NCBI GenBank assembly: GCA_963676565.1
Contig: OY781089.1
Span: 128,001 to 192,000, forward strand
DNA length: 64,000 bases
Direction of reading: 5' to 3'
DNA from: Halarcobacter sp.
GTDB lineage: Bacteria > Campylobacterota > Campylobacteria > Campylobacterales > Arcobacteraceae
Part shown: positions 61,373 through 64,000 of the stretch, in pieces
How the letters are laid out: each line of letters begins with the position of its first letter
Numbering within the stretch: position 1 is the stretch's first letter
Program-made: the position numbers and the translations under genes
The notes under the pieces: model-generated
Told to the model about the DNA's origin: nothing
What the model saw: the letters and a program-made list of their open reading frames with translations, nothing else
The model's database searches: none

Positions 61373-61956
61373 TAACCTTCCAATAAGTGTTTTAAATTAT
61401 CATACTCTTTTTGCAAAATATCTTTATTTTTTTCTAAATGAGTATCTAAATCGTATTTGAAATTTGAGATAAAATATCCATATCTTTCATCATCGTTTGA
61501 AGCCTCTAAATTAACTTCTTCATCATAAAAATTATCTAAATCTTTATTGTTTGAAAGAGCAATAATATGCGCTTGTAAACATTTACTTAAAAATGGATCA
61601 TCAATTATATTCGATAAAACAAATAAAAGTTGCTTTGCTCCATCAATATTTTCATAACTATATTTTTCAATTCCATGTTCATAAAAGGCTCTAACATAAC
61701 AAAGATCATCACCTTCTAAACTTAGCTTTTTATTCTCATTTACAATTTTTTCTACATTTGCAAAGGAGATTTCTAAGATATTTTGATAAATATCATTTAT
61801 CTTATCTTCACCTAAATCAAGGATTAAATATGAATCTAAAACCTCATATAAAGCTGAGATATTTTTTGTAGCAATGGCATCACTTCTTGTTTCTTCTAAG
61901 TATTTCAAAAACTCTGGATTTGTTCTTGCCTGAAAAAGCTCTTCTTTATCCATCAA
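61372..61956 (-). CDS. Conserved hypothetical protein
   Basis: Overlaps both neighbours in an operon. Confidence 0.75.
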   Translation of the reverse strand: MMDKEELFQARTNPEFLKYLEETRSDAIATKNISALYEVLDSYLILDLGEDKINDIYQNILEISFANVEKIVNENKKLSLEGDDLCYVRAFYEHGIEKYSYENIDGAKQLLFVLSNIIDDPFLSKCLQAHIIALSNNKDLDNFYDEEVNLEASNDDERYGYFISNFKYDLDTHLEKNKDILQKEYDNLKHLLEG

Positions 61957-63076
61957 TGAAATCCTTTAATCTTTGTAAAACTTTTCTAGTCTTAGTTTCA
62001 TTTTCCACTAATGCAATTCTTACATAACCTTTTCCAATCCCATTTCTTCCTAAGAAGCTTCCTGGCAGTACTTTGATATGTTTCTCTTTAAAAAGCTCTT
62101 TTGTAAATTCTAATTCATCTTCAACTTCTAACCAAATGTAAAATGTGGCCTTTGGAGGAGTTACACCCAAAATCTCTTGTGCTATTTGAAAATTTTTTCT
62201 ATAGATTTTTCTAAACTCTTCCACATGATTGTCATCATTCCAAGCAACTGCAGCAGCTTTTTGTAAAGGTATTGGTGAAGCACATCCTATATAAGTTCTA
62301 TACTTCATATACCCTTCTAAAATCTCTTTATCACCTGCAATAAAACCACATCTTAACCCTGGAGCTGAACTTCTTTTTGAAATTGAGTTCATCACAATAA
62401 CATTTTTAAAGTCACTATTTCCAGCTTCTATTGAAGCTTCTAAAAGTGAAGCTGGTTTTGTTGCTTCTTCAAAGTAAATTTCAGAATAACACTCATCATT
62501 TACTAAAATAAAATCAAACTCTAATGCTTTTTTTACCCAAATTCCCAATTCTTCTTTTGTCATCTCAGCGGATGTTGGATTATTTGGATAGTTTAAAATA
62601 ACTAAATCACATTTTTTTAAGTCTTCATCACTAAGACTTGCTTTAAAATCATTTTCTTTTGTTAAATCAATATGAATAACCTTAGCCCTACTTGCAATTG
62701 CTGCACCTTCATAGATTTGATAAAACGGATTAGTAAAAGCAATAATTGGGTCTTTTTTATCAAAAAGAGCATATTGAGGAAAGTTAAATAATACCTCCCT
62801 TGTACCAAATGTTGGTATTATTTGATTAAGTTCTAAACTTACTGCAAACCTATTTTTAACAAAATTTACTATCGCCTCTTTTAAATAAGGTTCCCCTGCA
62901 CTTGCAGGGTATTTTTGTAATAAAGATGTATTCTCTTTTAATTCAGATTGAATAAAATCTGGTGTTTGGAATTTTGGTTCACCAATTGTTAGAGCTGATA
63001 ACTCATACTCTTCATTTGGTTTAATCCCTTCTAATAATTCATTTAATTTCTCAAATGGATATTTTTCAAAATTCAT
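61946..63076 (-). CDS. dapC: Succinyldiaminopimelate transaminase
   Basis: YPFEKL, LTIGEP, GTREVLF, DECYSEIY, SKRSSAPGLR.GF. Confidence 0.88.
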   Translation of the reverse strand: MNFEKYPFEKLNELLEGIKPNEEYELSALTIGEPKFQTPDFIQSELKENTSLLQKYPASAGEPYLKEAIVNFVKNRFAVSLELNQIIPTFGTREVLFNFPQYALFDKKDPIIAFTNPFYQIYEGAAIASRAKVIHIDLTKENDFKASLSDEDLKKCDLVILNYPNNPTSAEMTKEELGIWVKKALEFDFILVNDECYSEIYFEEATKPASLLEASIEAGNSDFKNVIVMNSISKRSSAPGLRCGFIAGDKEILEGYMKYRTYIGCASPIPLQKAAAVAWNDDNHVEEFRKIYRKNFQIAQEILGVTPPKATFYIWLEVEDELEFTKELFKEKHIKVLPGSFLGRNGIGKGYVRIALVENETKTRKVLQRLKDFIDG

Positions 63077-63096
63077 TTATTTCCTTTTATTGGTGC

Positions 63097-64000
63097 CTAT
63101 TCTTCTATAATAGGTATTAGTAATTGATTAAATTTTCTCATATCAAACGATATTAAATCTGGGTTTGTATATAAAAATTTCCAAGAAAGTCTTTTATTTA
63201 ACATATCCTCTTTTAAAGGTAAGATTTGTAAGATATTTTCTTGTTTTTTTAATTCCCTAATTGGATTTTTATCATTTGAGATAATTTCAATCTTTTCATT
63301 AAATATTTTTGATAGATTTTCAAAATGATCAAGAAGATGAGTTTTATCTTCATGCTCCCCAACAGGGTCCATATCAAAAATCTTTGTTTTAGTTTTAAAC
63401 TGACTTGCAACATCAAATACAACAGGAGATATTTGCTCATAAGAATTTATATCATTTAGAAGAATAACTGTTCTTTTAATAGAAGCATTTAAATTTTCTC
63501 CTAATTTAAATATTGGTAATCTTAAATCCAACAAGTGTTTAATTCTTGCTTTAGTTTTAAAGTTTTCATTTGCGAGGATTATCATCCCAATATCTAAAGT
63601 TTTTGTATCAGATTTTAATAACTTTTCCATCCCAATATCATGATAGTCCATTTTTATCTCAACGGCATCATTTTTCCCAAATACCTCTTTAATATATTCC
63701 AAAACTCCAACATTTGTAGGTCTTGTGATTCTAATAAAAAGTTTACTATTTTTCAATCTTTTATTTAAGTATTTAAGCTCTTCAACAATATCTAAAACTC
63801 TTTTTTTTGTAAGTATAAACATATCAAGATATAAATAAATATTGTGCCCAAAAGGCATTGGAAATTGTCCTTGAGACTTTCCAATTGCATTATAAATTTG
63901 CATCAATACAGTTGGTTTTCCAATTACTAATATAATATCATTTGGTTTTAAAATCAATGATGGTTTTATATTTACTAATTGATCATTTCTGTATAAGCCA
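63097..64000 (-). CDS. TrkA-C-containing COG3400-like protein (5' end outside window)
   Basis: YRNDQL...LKPNDIILVIGKP, GQFPMPFG; frame open to the window edge. Confidence 0.65.
   Translation of the reverse strand, partial: GLYRNDQLVNIKPSLILKPNDIILVIGKPTVLMQIYNAIGKSQGQFPMPFGHNIYLYLDMFILTKKRVLDIVEELKYLNKRLKNSKLFIRITRPTNVGVLEYIKEVFGKNDAVEIKMDYHDIGMEKLLKSDTKTLDIGMIILANENFKTKARIKHLLDLRLPIFKLGENLNASIKRTVILLNDINSYEQISPVVFDVASQFKTKTKIFDMDPVGEHEDKTHLLDHFENLSKIFNEKIEIISNDKNPIRELKKQENILQILPLKEDMLNKRLSWKFLYTNPDLISFDMRKFNQLLIPIIEE

Overview
AT-rich chromosomal window from a Campylobacterota bacterium, most likely Arcobacteraceae (NavAb-type sodium channel, HP0268-family gene, mqnE, miaB-nusA-cysS and holA-rpsF-ssb-rpsR gene order). 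Most of it is housekeeping, transport and two-component signalling, including a FIST/NosP-kinase-HD-GYP cluster at 16.8-25.3 kb. The main result is a roughly 4.5 kb minus-strand integron-type cassette array at about 31.8-36.35 kb, just downstream of cysS, with no integrase in the window. It has an attI-like 7-5-7 entry site behind TATAAT boxes, three near-identical 69-bp attC sites, one variant attC, one GC-rich foreign attC, one attC collapsed to 19 bp, and an inside-out GTT..AAC hairpin. The start and end boxes of several cassettes are complementary. Cargo includes an HNH nuclease, a small 2-TM protein coupled to a divergent nucleotidyl-cyclase-like protein (candidate defence pair), two ABM-type proteins, a transglutaminase-like protein, a GC-rich membrane protein and an LprI-family protein. 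Other unexplained signals are a 120-bp palindromic element where intI would be expected, a candidate anti-SD sRNA at 13.2 kb, and a thrice-repeated TGATAC-N5-TAGTAC operator. All assignments come from reading motifs by eye; no searches were run.
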